Source: Somniosus microcephalus (lineage: Eukaryota). From it: a stretch of DNA of 64,000 nt. A program made the translations under genes and the position numbers. Below, piece by piece: positions 13,524 to 25,685 of the stretch. Below the pieces are notes generated by a model. It was not told where the DNA came from and made no database searches. It saw nothing but the letters and a program-made list of their open reading frames with translations. The stretch spans positions 35,092,001-35,156,000 of the forward strand of contig CM126222.1 in the NCBI GenBank assembly GCA_052327205.1. The letters are read 5' to 3'. Within the stretch, counting starts at the first letter, position 1. Each line of letters opens with the position of its first letter.

Positions 13524-14052
13524 TGAACTATATGCTTGTAAAGATTCAGTGTGAACTTTTGTTGTGACAGTCTGCAGCTACTGTTGAAAATATAAATTTA
13601 GAATTGTTGCTACTGCTAAGGAGGGGAAAACCAATCCCTAGGGTAAACTGATAAAACTTACTAATTAGATCTATTAAATTCACAAAAATAGAAATGCATT
13701 TGCTTATAGGCCATTGCTGCTAAAATATGCCGAGGACCAGAATTATGGTTTCTGAAAACCTACATTAATTTAGTTTTCTAGATTTTTCTGATTATTTTCT
13801 TGCAGTTCAGGAATTGGGTTTAGTCGCAACGGAAGACAATTTGCAGTTTTAATACTGTGGTTGTCAAGGTTCATACAGCATGTACAGAATCAGCTTGTAT
13901 TTAGAATACCACATATTTCCTTGATAAGCCAGACACTCATCAGTTACAGCAGTGTAATTTTGAAAAAGGTTCATGTTACTGTAATTCCAACATCAGACAG
14001 TCTTGAGTTTTACTGATTGTGAAGGTTTTGGCCAAACTTTCACTATTAGCTG

Positions 14053-14249
14053 CAGAAAATGCTAGAATTACTCAGGCAGCATCTGTGGAGAGAAAGAATT
14101 AACGTTTCAGGTCGGTAATCTCTGATGAAAGGTTATCAACCTGAAACGTTAACTCTGTTTCTCTCTCCACAGATGCTGCCTGACCTGAGTATTTCCAGCA
14201 TTTTCTGTTTTTATTTCCGATTTCCAGCATCCACAGTATTTTGCTTTTG
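14053..14249 (+). mobile_element. Penelope-like end with inverted 5' arm and hammerhead core
   Basis: 14053-14112 is the reverse complement of about 14139-14207; CTGATGA at 14122-14128, GAAACGTT at 14143-14150. Confidence 0.65.
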
Positions 14250-14366
14250 CTAATAACTGCTGTTTATAGTATCACTACATTTTACCCTTGGTGATTCAGC
14301 AGGCTTCCAGAGTAAACTACTTGGTGCAAAACCCAATTTTAATTGGTCAGACACTGCCCCACCTAC

Positions 14367-15974
14367 TTTTTAAAAATTCGTTCATGGGATGTGGGCGTCG
14401 CTGGCAAGGCCAGCATTTATTGCCCATCCCTAGTTGCCCTTGAGAAGGTGGTGGTGAGCTGCCTTCTTGAACTGCTGCAGTCCATGTGGTGAAGGTACTC
14501 CCACAGTGCTGTTAGGGAGGGAGTTCCAGGATTTTGACCCAGCGATGAAGGATCGGTGATGATGTGTGACTTGGAGGGGAATTGGAGGTGGTGGTGTTCC
14601 CATGCACCTGCTACCCTTGTCCTTCTAGGTGGTAGAGGTCGCGGGTTTGGGGGGTGCTGCCGAAGAAGCCTTGGCGAGTTGCTGCAGTGCACCTTGTAGA
14701 TGGTACACACTGCAGCCACGGTACGCCAGTGGTGGAGGGAGTGAATGTTTAAGGTAGTGGATGGGGTGCCAATCAAGCGGGCTGCTTTGTCCTGGATGGT
14801 GTTGAGCTTCTTGTGTTGTTGGAGCTGCACTCATCCGGGCAAGTGGAGAGTATTCCATCACACTCCTGACTTGTGCCTTGTAGATGGTGGAAAGGCCTTG
14901 GGGAGTCAGGAGGTGAGACACTCGCCGCAGAATACCCAGCCTCTGACCTGCACTTGTTGCCACAGTATTTATGTGGCTGGTCCAGTTAAATTTCTGGTCA
15001 ATGGTGACCCCCAGGATTTTGATGGTGGGGGATTTGGCGATGGTAATGCCATTGAATGTCAAGGGGGCGGTGGTTAGACTCTCGCTTGTTGGAGATAATC
15101 ATTGCCTGGCACTTCTGTGGCGCAAATGTTACCTGCTACTTATCAGCCCAAGCCTGAATGTCGTCCAGGCCTTGCTGCATGTGGGCATGGACTGCTTCAT
15201 TATCTGAGGAGTTGCGAATGGCACTGAACACTGTGCAGTCATCAGCGAACATCCCCATTTCTGACCTTATGATGGAGGGAAGGTCATTGATGAAGCAGCT
15301 GAAGATTGTTGGGCCTAGGACACTGCCCTGAGGAACTCTTGCAGTGATGTCCTGGGGCTGTGATGATTTACCTCCGACCGCCACAACCATCTTCCATTGT
15401 GCAAGGAATGACTCCAGCCAGTGGAGAGTTTCCCCTCGATTCCCATTGCTCCTTGATGTCACACTCGGACAAATGCTGCCTTGATGTTAAGGGCAGTCAC
15501 TCTCGCCTCACCTCTGGTATTCAGCTCTTTTGTCCATGTTTGGACCAAGGCTGTAATGAGGTCTGGAGCCGAGTGGTCCTGGCGGAACCCAAACTGGGCA
15601 TCCGTGAGCAGGTTTTTGGTGAGTAAGTGCTACTTGAGAGCACTGTCGACGACACCTTCCATCACTTTGCTGATGATTGAGAGTAGAGTGATGGGGCGGT
15701 AATTGGCCGGATTGAATTTGTCCTGCTTTTTGTGGACAGGACATACCTGGGCAGTTTTCCACTTTGTCGGATAGATGCCAGTGTTATAACTGTATTGGAA
15801 CAGCTTGACTAGACGCGCAGCTAGTCCTGGAGCACAAGTCTTCACGACAGCTAGGATGTTGTCGGGGCCCACAGCCTTTGCTGTATCCAGTGCGCTCAGC
15901 CGTTTCTTGATACCACGTGGAGTGAATCGAATTGGCTGAACACTGGCTTCTGTGGTGGTGGGGACCTCAAGGAG
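14367..15974 (-). mobile_element. 5'-truncated Jockey-group (CR1/L2-related) LINE, family B
   Basis: ANYRPITLLSIISKVME, VPQGSVLGP, MFADDCT, YKAQVRSVMEYSPLA across frameshifted ORFs. Confidence 0.92.
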
Positions 15975-16761
15975 TAACAAAATTCCGCCATGCTAATCTT
16001 TGTTTCGATTTCCATTTGCAAGTGAGGAATGCATATTTAGTAGCCAGAATTCTTTTTTGAAGTAAATGTTTTGCCATTGGTGATTCATTAGCAAGCCTAT
16101 TGCCAAAGGACTGGTCTGTCGCTCACCAAAATGAAACTACTTGATGCGCGAACCAATTTTTAATTGGTATGCCACTGCCCTGCCCATTTGAGAAACACAA
16201 TGCTGCCATGATCTTTGTTTAGGCTTCCCATTGCAAGTGAGGCATGCATATTTAGTAGTCAGAATTTTGGAGGAACCCAGTAAATGTTGGGGGTGTAAGC
16301 CATGTAAAATTGTACTTCAGCACTCAATTGGTATTGTATCGTTGAACACACGCATACCTTTTACTTAATGCAATTTAATTTTCAAAAAGTACATTATCAG
16401 TAGCTACAACATGTCAAGAAAAAGCCACTCAAAAACACACATACAGGAATGAATTTAATAAGCAGAGCAGCAACATTGCAACAGGTAGCCGTTCACAACA
16501 ATCAAACACCTTGAGCAAGAATAGACTGATGCAAAGTAACAAACTACGACGATACGAGTCCTGAGTGAGTAAAGAGCACCATGGCCTGATATTGGCAGAG
16601 GTGTTTGGGGCCAGGATAACACATCATGGAATTTGCACAAGGAAAGGAATTGGGCATTTTCATAGCTCAGTCTACCAAGAGCCATGAGTATTTTTGGGGG
16701 GGGGGGGGGGGGAAACGAGCGGGCGTTCTGCCTGCAGGAGGATAAAAATCGGGGGTGGGTA

Positions 16762-16792
16762 AGAGAGAAGAGAGAGAGAGAGAGAGAGAGAA
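16762..16792. repeat. (GA)n microsatellite
   Basis: Seen directly. Confidence 0.9.
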
Positions 16793-17570
16793 GAATTAGT
16801 GAACAACTCGTCAATCTCTTGTGGAGTTCCATACCAAGTAAAAATGAGCCGTAGTCCTCGGGTGAAGTGAGTTTGGAGGGGGATGGGGCAATGGAAGGCA
16901 GAGATGTTCATTTTAGCAACTTTAACTACTGTTAGAAAAGTACTTAATAAAATTATTAAAAGAGGGTGCCGAGAACATGCCTCGAGTCCCAGGAGCACGT
17001 GGGGCCTCCAAGAGCAGGCCGTCGCATAACTACGCAGATTGATGAAGGCAGTGAATAGAACACCTAAGTGTGAATCTGGAAGGGGATAAAATAAAGAAAA
17101 AAGCAAAACTTTTATTTAAAAAAAAAAAAAGTGAAGCACTGAACTGGAGGATCATTATCCAGTCTAATCACTGAGTATCTAATTATTTCTGTAATCATTA
17201 GCAATATCATACAGTGCCCCACAATGGAATCAGTCAGTCAGTTCAAATTCCATATCTCCTTCCTGCTGGGGACTGTTGGTAACAGTGGCTCACAATGCTG
17301 GGCTCTTCCTGAGTTCCCGTTTGCGGTTCGCACTGCCAGGCCTGCTTCACTCGCACTGCCTCCATGCTGAAAGCCATAGTCTTGTAGTGATTAGTAAAAA
17401 ATAAAGTCAAAATCACTGGTGCTGTGTCAATTGTCAAAGAAAATTTGGAAAAGCACTAAAATCACACTACTAAATGTGGCCATAGCAGGAGTGAAATCAC
17501 TTTTTAAATTGTATTTGTGTGGCCAGATGCAGGTGGCTGGTTGATGCAAAAAAAACAGTGGGCGGACTAG

Positions 17571-18790
17571 AAGGAAAGAACTTGCATATATGTAGCCGCT
17601 TTCATGACCGCAGGATGTCTCAAAGCACTTCACGGCCAATGAAGTACTTTTGAAAGGTAGTCATGTTATTTATAATGTAGGGGAAGCTTGTGCACAGCAG
17701 TGTACAACAAATTACAATGAGATAAATGCCCAGATAATCTACTTTGGTGATGTTGGTTGAGAGATAAATGTTGGCCAGAACACTGGGAGAATTTCCCTGC
17801 TCTTCAAATAGTGTCATGGGATCTTTTAAGTCCACCTAAGAGCAGGCAGGGCCTTGTTTAACATCTAAGCTGAAAGATGGCACCTCCGACAATGAAGCAA
17901 TCCCTCAGTACTGCACTGAAGTGTCAGCCTAGATATTGGCCCGGATTTTGCGATCTGCAGTGAAGTGATGACGCTCGCCGCTGACCACAAGAAAGCTGCC
18001 CACAAACTTTTAGTGGGCTTTGTGGCGTCGATTTCACCTTTTCCAAGGTTAATTTCATTCTGGCACCATCTATAGGGATCTCTGGCGTCCAGCAACAGTG
18101 ATGTCATCAAGCAGGCTAAGCAGCTAATCAGATTGAAGAATTCTCAGACAGCAAACCAGGAAGTAACAAGCAGGCTTTATCGTTCACTTTTTATAATTTT
18201 ACAGAAAGCAAAATAAAGATTGGGACATACACATGGGCTTAAGGTAGAAGCTGAAATATCATAACACAAACTTTGGGGGGGGGGGGGAATTATTTTTAAA
18301 AATCTATGGAATTTTTATTACGGAGTGGAGAAAAATGACACTCCACAAATAATAAAATTAGTTTTTCGGGGCCAGAGAGGTTGTTCAGTAATTATGACTT
18401 AGTATGCCGTTAAAAACTCAGTTACTCCTCATTCAACAAGACTTCACTTTTTTTCAAGGGTCTTTACAGCGAGAATAGAGTATAAAAAGTGGAAGTTCAC
18501 ATCAATTCAGCGATTTCTAATTGATTACCATTTGCACAAACTGCAACAGCGCACTCTGTGGAGGAGCAGGGTGTCACTGACCGCAAGTTCAGGATTTCTG
18601 CATTTAAATGCACATGTGCAGACTCGAGAAGGCGATGTCTGTTTCACAGTAATGACAGCGAACGCTGCCAGTTTCGCTGTCATTACAACCGCAAATTCTG
18701 GGCCTGTGTGTTCAAGTCTCTGGAGTGGCACTTGTACCCACGACCTTCTGAGTGAGCAAAGAGTGCTATCACTGAGCCAAGGCTGACACC
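17571..18790 (-). mobile_element. Deu SINE split by a MITE (SINE parts 17571-17937 and 18705-18790)
   Basis: gtgtcagcctaga | tgtgttcaagtctctggagtgg rejoins the SINE sequence seen in other copies. Confidence 0.85.
17938..18704. mobile_element. PIF/Harbinger-like MITE
   Basis: Imperfect 15-bp TIR ggcccggattttgcg / cgcaaattctgggcc; interrupts a SINE. Confidence 0.8.
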
Positions 18791-19700
18791 TTCAGTTTTA
18801 AAATTATTGAAATAATTAATTCTAAATAAAAAATATACATGGACAGTTTTGCCAGTTTAAAAACTTGGCTTTACGGAAGCCAAGATGGCATCCAAGCAAC
18901 TTTCGGGATTGGTTCACAAAGCCACCCTGTTGTTTCATTGCACAATTACAGGGCGATTCAAGCATCACAGGCTGTTGCCCTAATGGAAAAATGTTATTAA
19001 AAGCGCAATGGGGTAGATTTAAAAAAAACTTTGATTTTTCATAACCATTGTCACTCCAGAGATCAGGTACCACTCTTGGCGACGTATTAAATGGAAATGT
19101 GTTCACCGAAGCAGACTGCCACTTGTAAGTGAGGCCGAAAGAGCATGATACAAATGGCACAGGGGAAAAGGTGAAAGAGCTTCTTTGGATCAGAGGGGTA
19201 ATCGATGTCTGCTTCTAAACAATGCACAAAAATAGTTTCACGCAAATGCACTGAACATGAAGGTGGCTGGCAAGCTACTTACTCTTTGTTGAGACTTGTA
19301 TCTATTGCTTAAGTTCTTTCACGTACCTGAATTGATGGTGACTTTTCTAGGTAACCCAGCTGTATTTATGCCAGAGGTTTTGGATCAGGAATGTATACCC
19401 ACGCAAGAGTTATGATCAACTATCATGCAAGTCTGGAAACTCGATGTGTTGGGTAATCTTTTTGCTAACGCCTGTCTTGCCTGAATGTACAATGTTATGT
19501 GAAAATCTGATATCTTTCACAACAAAGTTGAAGATTCCCAGAATAGTGGATCACACACAACTTTTCTGTTCTTAACTGCTAAAAGTTAACCAAAATTTAA
19601 ACAGAGATGCCGTTCATTTGACTGGTACACCCAGACTAACCCAGTTTTCATTTCATGAAGAAACTAGATAATGAGAGGATTGTTGTGCATCAATATTGAT

Positions 19701-19998
19701 CAGTGGTTTTCAAACTTTTCTATTTTGGGAGCCCACTAACATTGCTGTACTCCAGGGGCCGCTTTGCAAATACTGATATACTCATAGAGACCTCTTGTCC
19801 TAACTTCCAAAGCACTGTCAGCTACCCAATAGAAAACCATTCTAGCATTGCAAAAAAAACTTTCAATTTGTGTAAAGTTTTGAAAATAATGTGCTAGAAA
19901 ATCAGTAAGATGGGAAATCTGATCAAAGACCGACAGAAATCTGTTGGCCTTGCAGACTCGCTGGGATCCCTTCACGGGTCCCATTTTGAAAACCTATG
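19701..19998. mobile_element. hAT (Charlie-like) MITE
   Basis: Ends cagtggttttcaaa / tttgaaaacctatg, same as 60201-60510. Confidence 0.75.
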
Positions 19999-20337
19999 AT
20001 GGATACATCTTGGTTTGCTGTGTGCTGAGAATGAGTAAAATGACTTCTATTGGATCTTGAAAAGTTTAAATTCCTTGACTCCTTTATGTATCTTTTTAAA
20101 GCTGCTTTATTTCCCAGCCCAAGGGCACCTGAGGAATACAAATCAAAACTTCAAAGTGTGCTCACTTCACAGTGGTACTGGAAGTGGCTGTCTTCTATTT
20201 CTCCCTCCCCCCAGCCCCTGCAGTGCTCTTATGATGGAACCGTAAGCCACAGCAGTCTGTTTATGAAAAGAATTGAAGCACTTCATATCAGTTTCACTGC
20301 GGAAACCTTTTTTGTATTTGTATGTGGAAGACTCTTA

Positions 20338-21001
20338 GGTCTAGAAATTCAGTGGGCTGCGCCACCTGTTAGCGCCTTAAGAGGGCGCTAAGTGGGTCGG
20401 AAGCCACTGGCCACGCCTCCCACTAAATTTAGCGGGACGCTAATGGTGGCGCTAGCCGTTAGCGCTGCGCCGCTACCGATGTCATTGGTGTGCGCAGCAC
20501 CCCGCTGACGCCCCGATCGCGATATTTAGATGCGCCCCCTGAATTAACGCCAGATGCTATGTAGCGGTAGAGGCGCTAATTAAAGGAGAGGTGCGGGGTG
20601 GTCATTTTTGTTGCTGGCCGCCTGCCAGCACCTCTCCGCGCTGCCGTCCCCGGCCTCCTGAGCCGCACCACCCCCCCCCCCCCCCGCGGAGTGCCGACTG
20701 CGTTCCAAGAGCCCGGCACTTCTCCTCGGTGCCGGGCTCTTTTGCCAGCACTCGCGATCCTCGGGGGCCCAACAGGGCCCCAGATTGTGCTGCACAAGGC
20801 CCCTCCCCTTTAAGGGGAGGAAGGCCTGCAGTACCGCAGCGTGTGGTGCTGCGCGGCGCCTCCCGTAGTGCTGCGCTTCCCTCTGGGGCGCTCCCAACTG
20901 AATTTCCAGCGGGCGGGAGGCCGCGACTGCTTCCGGGGCGCTACTTTTAGCGCCCTGGCAAGGCTGGCGCCCCAAACGGGGCTATAGTCAATTTCTAGGC
21001 C
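20338..21001 (-). mobile_element. GC-rich PIF/Harbinger MITE, copy 1
   Basis: TIR ggtctagaaatt / aatttctaggcc; TTA duplication; opposite orientation to copies 2 and 3 (strand arbitrary). Confidence 0.9.
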
Positions 21002-22900
21002 TTACAACCTTGATTCAACAGTGTCCTTACCAGTAGAGCTGCAGTTCTAAAATCAACTTTTAACAAAAGTGTAAATGTGGCCCAATCTAGCATCTAATTT
21101 CCCCTTTCAATAGACTAATGAGGATTTTGTACATTTACGGTGTTTATTGCTACTAGCCTGCAAAGCAGCCACTTTCCTTTTATTCAATCCATCGAAACCT
21201 CTAACCAGGTGAAATATTCTCTTAGGATTGATATTATATGCTAGCAGTACTTGAATGTCGCCCTCAGCTACAACCTACTGCTAAATTAAAACAAATTATC
21301 CAATAACTTGTATTAAGCAACACAAGTAAAACCACAAAGTTGAAAGTCAGTGCTTATAAAGTAGAATTATATTTTCAAATAACAATACACTGTACCCATT
21401 TCTGTTGTCTATTTATAATTAGATATCTAGATAATCAGATCTGGTTTTATTTAGGGAGGTCCAGGACCTCGTATACAGCTGCAAACACAGGTCAAGCAGG
21501 AATAGGAATGTCCCATTTACCAACTATTACTGAGCTGTGCAACCAAAATTTGGCAGCTTGGTTTCTTCAATTTCTTGAATGTAATAGATAAGTTAATGAA
21601 CAGCTGTGTACTCTTGTGTAAGTGCTGTCTTTAACATTGCAGATATTCAGCAGGATGTAGAAACACCACAAATAAATGTATCTTGTATTTCTGGGAAAGA
21701 GTGGGGAAATTGAATAATTCCAAAGGGAGCATCTGTATTGATGCACATCCAGATGTCGAATTGACTCTAGATTTCAAGGATGGGCAGATAAATTTGTGTA
21801 GTATCCAAAACTTGGTTTATAAAGTGAACTAACTTCCAGTCGTAGAAGAAGATTGTAAAAAATGACCAAATGCAGATTTCTATAAATATTTACAAGCCAA
21901 GCATTTTAACCACAAACATGAGCACTGCACCAACAAATCACTCTTAAGCCTTAAGGTTATACAAACTACCAATTATTTTTGAAATGTCTTCTATAACAAT
22001 TTTAAGTGCATTTCAAAGCGCACAAAATTAGTGGTCATAAGACTTGCAAAGAAAGATTTATGGCGAGGAGTTGGAAATTAGCAGTGTAGGACAGAAAATG
22101 CGTATTAATGAATAAAAGATTTAACTACTCAATTATTTTTCAAGTTTGATTTCCCAACTAAACTTAAGTAAAAATTATTCTGCTGTCCCTGATGTGTTAC
22201 TGAGAATGTCAAGTAGCAGGATCTTTATTATTTACAGCTGTTCAGAAATCAAACCATTTTACAAAAATATTGTGGACCAATACTCTGTCTCCAGATCCAT
22301 CCTCTCCCAAAGCTGTTGATTTCTTGCAGGGGTATGATTCCACAGGTGCTGGGCGCACTTTTCCTATGGGGCTATTAGTTATGTAAGCTTTTACAGTGAG
22401 TATCAATAGGCTAGTCAAACACGGGGGACATTGCAACCGAGAGCGATCCTGTCCTCCCCTTCACACTTTCAACAAGAGTGAGAATTCTGACCGATTTTCA
22501 CTTCCCTAAACCATGGAGTTAGGTACTTTTTGATCACAATTGAAGAAATTTCATTAATACTTCACATAATATCAAGTAACCTGCTTATACCATTCATGAT
22601 TAATATACAGGGTACATGGGTTCAAAATAATATTTTACCTCAAATGTTTTATTGTTTTTGGCATAACACTAAAGAAGAATGACTGACTACATTTAGCTGT
22701 TTCATTCCTTGTAACTATTACATACAAAAGCTATCCACCACAATTGTCTAGATAGCTGTGGAAACATGGGCAAGGATAGAGGCCACCACCGTGATATTCT
22801 TAAGCAAGATAGCTACTGTAAGCTACACTATTCTGTACTGTTAGAAGAACAAAGCAGAAAAAGTCCCCTAAAAACAAGTTGTATTTCCATTGCGGTCAAT

Positions 22901-23137
22901 GTGTCGGCCTTGGCTCGGTGGTAGCGCACTCTCCTCTGAGTCAGAAGGTGTGGGTTCAAGCCCCACTCCAGAGACTTGAGCATATAATCCAGGTAGCGCA
23001 TCAGTACAGTACTGAGGGAGTGCTGCACTATCGGAGGTGATGCCTTTCAGATGAAATTGTTAAACCGAGGTCCCGTCTGCCTCGGTGGATGGCCAATATT
23101 TATATTTCAACCACCATCACTAAAACTGATTATCTGA
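22901..23137 (+). mobile_element. Deu SINE, 5' part
   Basis: A box tggctcggtgg, B box gggttcaagccc, core cagtactgagggagtgctgcac. Confidence 0.85.
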
Positions 23138-23904
23138 TACAATATTTATGTACATAAGACAATGTATTCTGCATCTTGCATGCATCAGCTGCTTTTTTTA
23201 AATATTTAAAACAAGTTGTAGTTTTTCTCCCCTGATTTCCTGATCTCTGCTGAATTGTTTGGGGAGATGTCCAAGGGAGGCGTACTTAATGGTGGGAGGG
23301 GTAATTGCAAGCGGTAAGCCCTTCCCTCACCCTTCATGAATGCAAATAGACAGAAGAAAATAACTGGAATAATGGGGAGCTGAGTTGTTTTGCTTATGTT
23401 TGGTAATGACAACTATACTGAGGATTTAAAGACCTATGTTACATTTTGGTATTCAGCAGTGTCGGGGTCTTGGCAAAGGAGGGAGAATGTAATGCAGCCA
23501 GTACATCATCTTTTATGCTCCAACCTGTAATCTCCATACTTCCGTTTGGATGACTGCTTGTGGTAATTTTCCCTATTATGGGGCAGTAATGGCAGAAGTA
23601 ACAAAACATGGGATAAAATGTAATGTGATATTAATAACTTGCATGGGGAGTGACACACATTTGTTGCTGTTTTAATTATAATCTGTCCTCTCTATCTAAA
23701 AACGTTGTGCTTTCTAAGTTTGCATATGTTGTGTAGATCCATAGTTTTACACTGCTCCTTTCCTGCACTTGTTGCAATAAGAAATTTGTTTCAATTTAAT
23801 GTATGCACCAACAATCTGTACATAAAGATTCAGTTTGGGCTCTCTTTGTTTCTTTCCCATCGAGGAAAAAATAAAAATGTGGTTTATTTCTTGATACAGT
23901 ACAT

Positions 23905-25008
23905 TGAACCTTGCCTGGTTCCATTTCTATCTATCCAGCCACCACAAGAAAATCATCTGCAATGGCTTCTGTCCCTGTTCCCACACAGTTAGCTCTGGAG
24001 TCCCCCTTGGCCCCCTCCTATTTCTCATCTACATGCTGCCCCTCGGTGACATCATCCGAAAACACCATCAGTTTCCACAAGTACGCTGGCGACACCCAGC
24101 TCTACCTCACCATCACTTCTCTTGACCCCTCCACTGTCTCAGGTTTTTCATGCTGCTTGTTCGACATCCAGTACTGGATGAGCAGAAATTTCTTGCAACT
24201 AAATATTGGGAACACTGAAGTCATTGTCTTCAGTCCCCGCCGCAAACTCCATTCCCTAGCCACCGACTCATCCTCTCCCTGGCCACTGTCTGAGGCTGTC
24301 CCATTTGACCCTGAGCTGAGCTGACCCCATATCCTCTCCATCACCAAGACCATCTACTTCCAAAAATTCTCATCCTTGTTTTCAAATGCCTCCATGGCCT
24401 CACCCTTCCCTCGGAGACCTCTGCTCTCCTCCAATTCTGGCCTCTTGCGTATCCCCGATTTTCATCTCTCCCTTATTGGCAGCCGTGTCTTCAGCTGCCG
24501 CGGCCCTAAGCTCTGGAATTCCCTCCCTAAAACCCTCTACCTCTTTCTTTTAAGACACTCCTTAAAACCTACCCCTTTAACCAAGCTTTTATTCACCTGT
24601 CCTAATACAGGAAACTTTGTGCTATCCGGAGGCGAACCATCCGGCAAGCTGGAGCCACCGGCAAAAATCAGGAGCCGTTTTTTATTCTTTTCGTTTGTTT
24701 TCTTTGCTTTTTTTTCCCCCGGTAAAGCACTGCAAGGTCTGTAGCTATAGCAACAGCTTCAGCTACAGATGCTTGCAGCCACACCCGAGTGTTTAGAAGC
24801 TGTTTGTTGTCCATACGGAGATAAGAATCTCCGTATCTTTCAACATTAACTCTGGAGTGTCCGGCAGTTTTGAGGCAACGGCAGCAGCTCGGTCCTGTCG
24901 GTGCTGGATAGCACAAAGTTTCTTGTACCTCCTTATGTGGCTTGGTGTTTAATGATCACAAAATCGTAATCAAACAAAATTTAAGTTCCTATATAAATAC
25001 AAGTTGTT
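23905..25008 (+). mobile_element. L2 fragment; tail interrupted by MITE copy 3
   Basis: GVPLGPLLFLIYMLPLGDII, YAGDTQLY, RNFLQLNIG; L2 tail. Confidence 0.85.
24608..24925. mobile_element. pogo/Tc1-type MITE, copy 3 (diverged subfamily)
   Basis: TIR caggaaactttgtgctatcc / ggatagcacaaagtttcttg; TA duplication. Confidence 0.85.
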
Positions 25009-25224
25009 TCTGTTGCAGCAGGTTGAAAACTGAAGTTCTTCCACTTAAGTAACTGCATGAGTGCTCCAAAGCATGGACTGGATTTACTGGCCTATCTTAA
25101 TCCTACAACCTTTATACAACGGCCTATTTTTTTTTTTTATATAATCAACCATTTGGTCATTTTAAAAGATTAAATTCAATGAAAATTTTCAGCATTTGAG
25201 TGGAATCAATTGGTTGTAAGTTTT

Positions 25225-25685
25225 GTATAGAGTGCAAAAGCAGGAAAGTTATGCTAAGCCTTTATAAATCACTGGTTAGGCTTCAGCTAGAGTATTGTCC
25301 AATTCTGGGCACCACACTTTAGGAGGAATTTCAAGGCTTTGAAGAGGGTGCAGAGGAGATCTAAGGGGTTTTGATCTAATAAACAAGGAGAAACTGTTTC
25401 CACTAGTGGGTGGGTCGGTAACCAGAGGCCATAGAATTAGCAAAAGAACCAGAGGAGAGATGAGACACTTTTATATAGCGAGTTATGATCTGGAATGCAC
25501 TGCCTGAAAGGGTGGTGGAAGCAGATTCGATAGTAACTTTCCAAAGGGAATTGGATATATACTTGAAACAGAGAAAATTGTAGGCCTATGGGGAAAAAGT
25601 GGGACTAATTGGATCGCTCTTTCAAAGAGCCAGCACAGGCACGATGGACCTAATGGCCTCCTCCTGTGCTGTAGGATTCTATGAA
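25225..25685 (+). mobile_element. CR1 3' fragment
   Basis: ctagagtattgtccaattctgg, tggaatgcactgcctg, tail aatggcctcctcctgtgctgta. Confidence 0.85.

Noticed and set aside
22901-22975. tRNA gene
   Set aside because: A and B boxes belong to a SINE head that continues into the SINE body.
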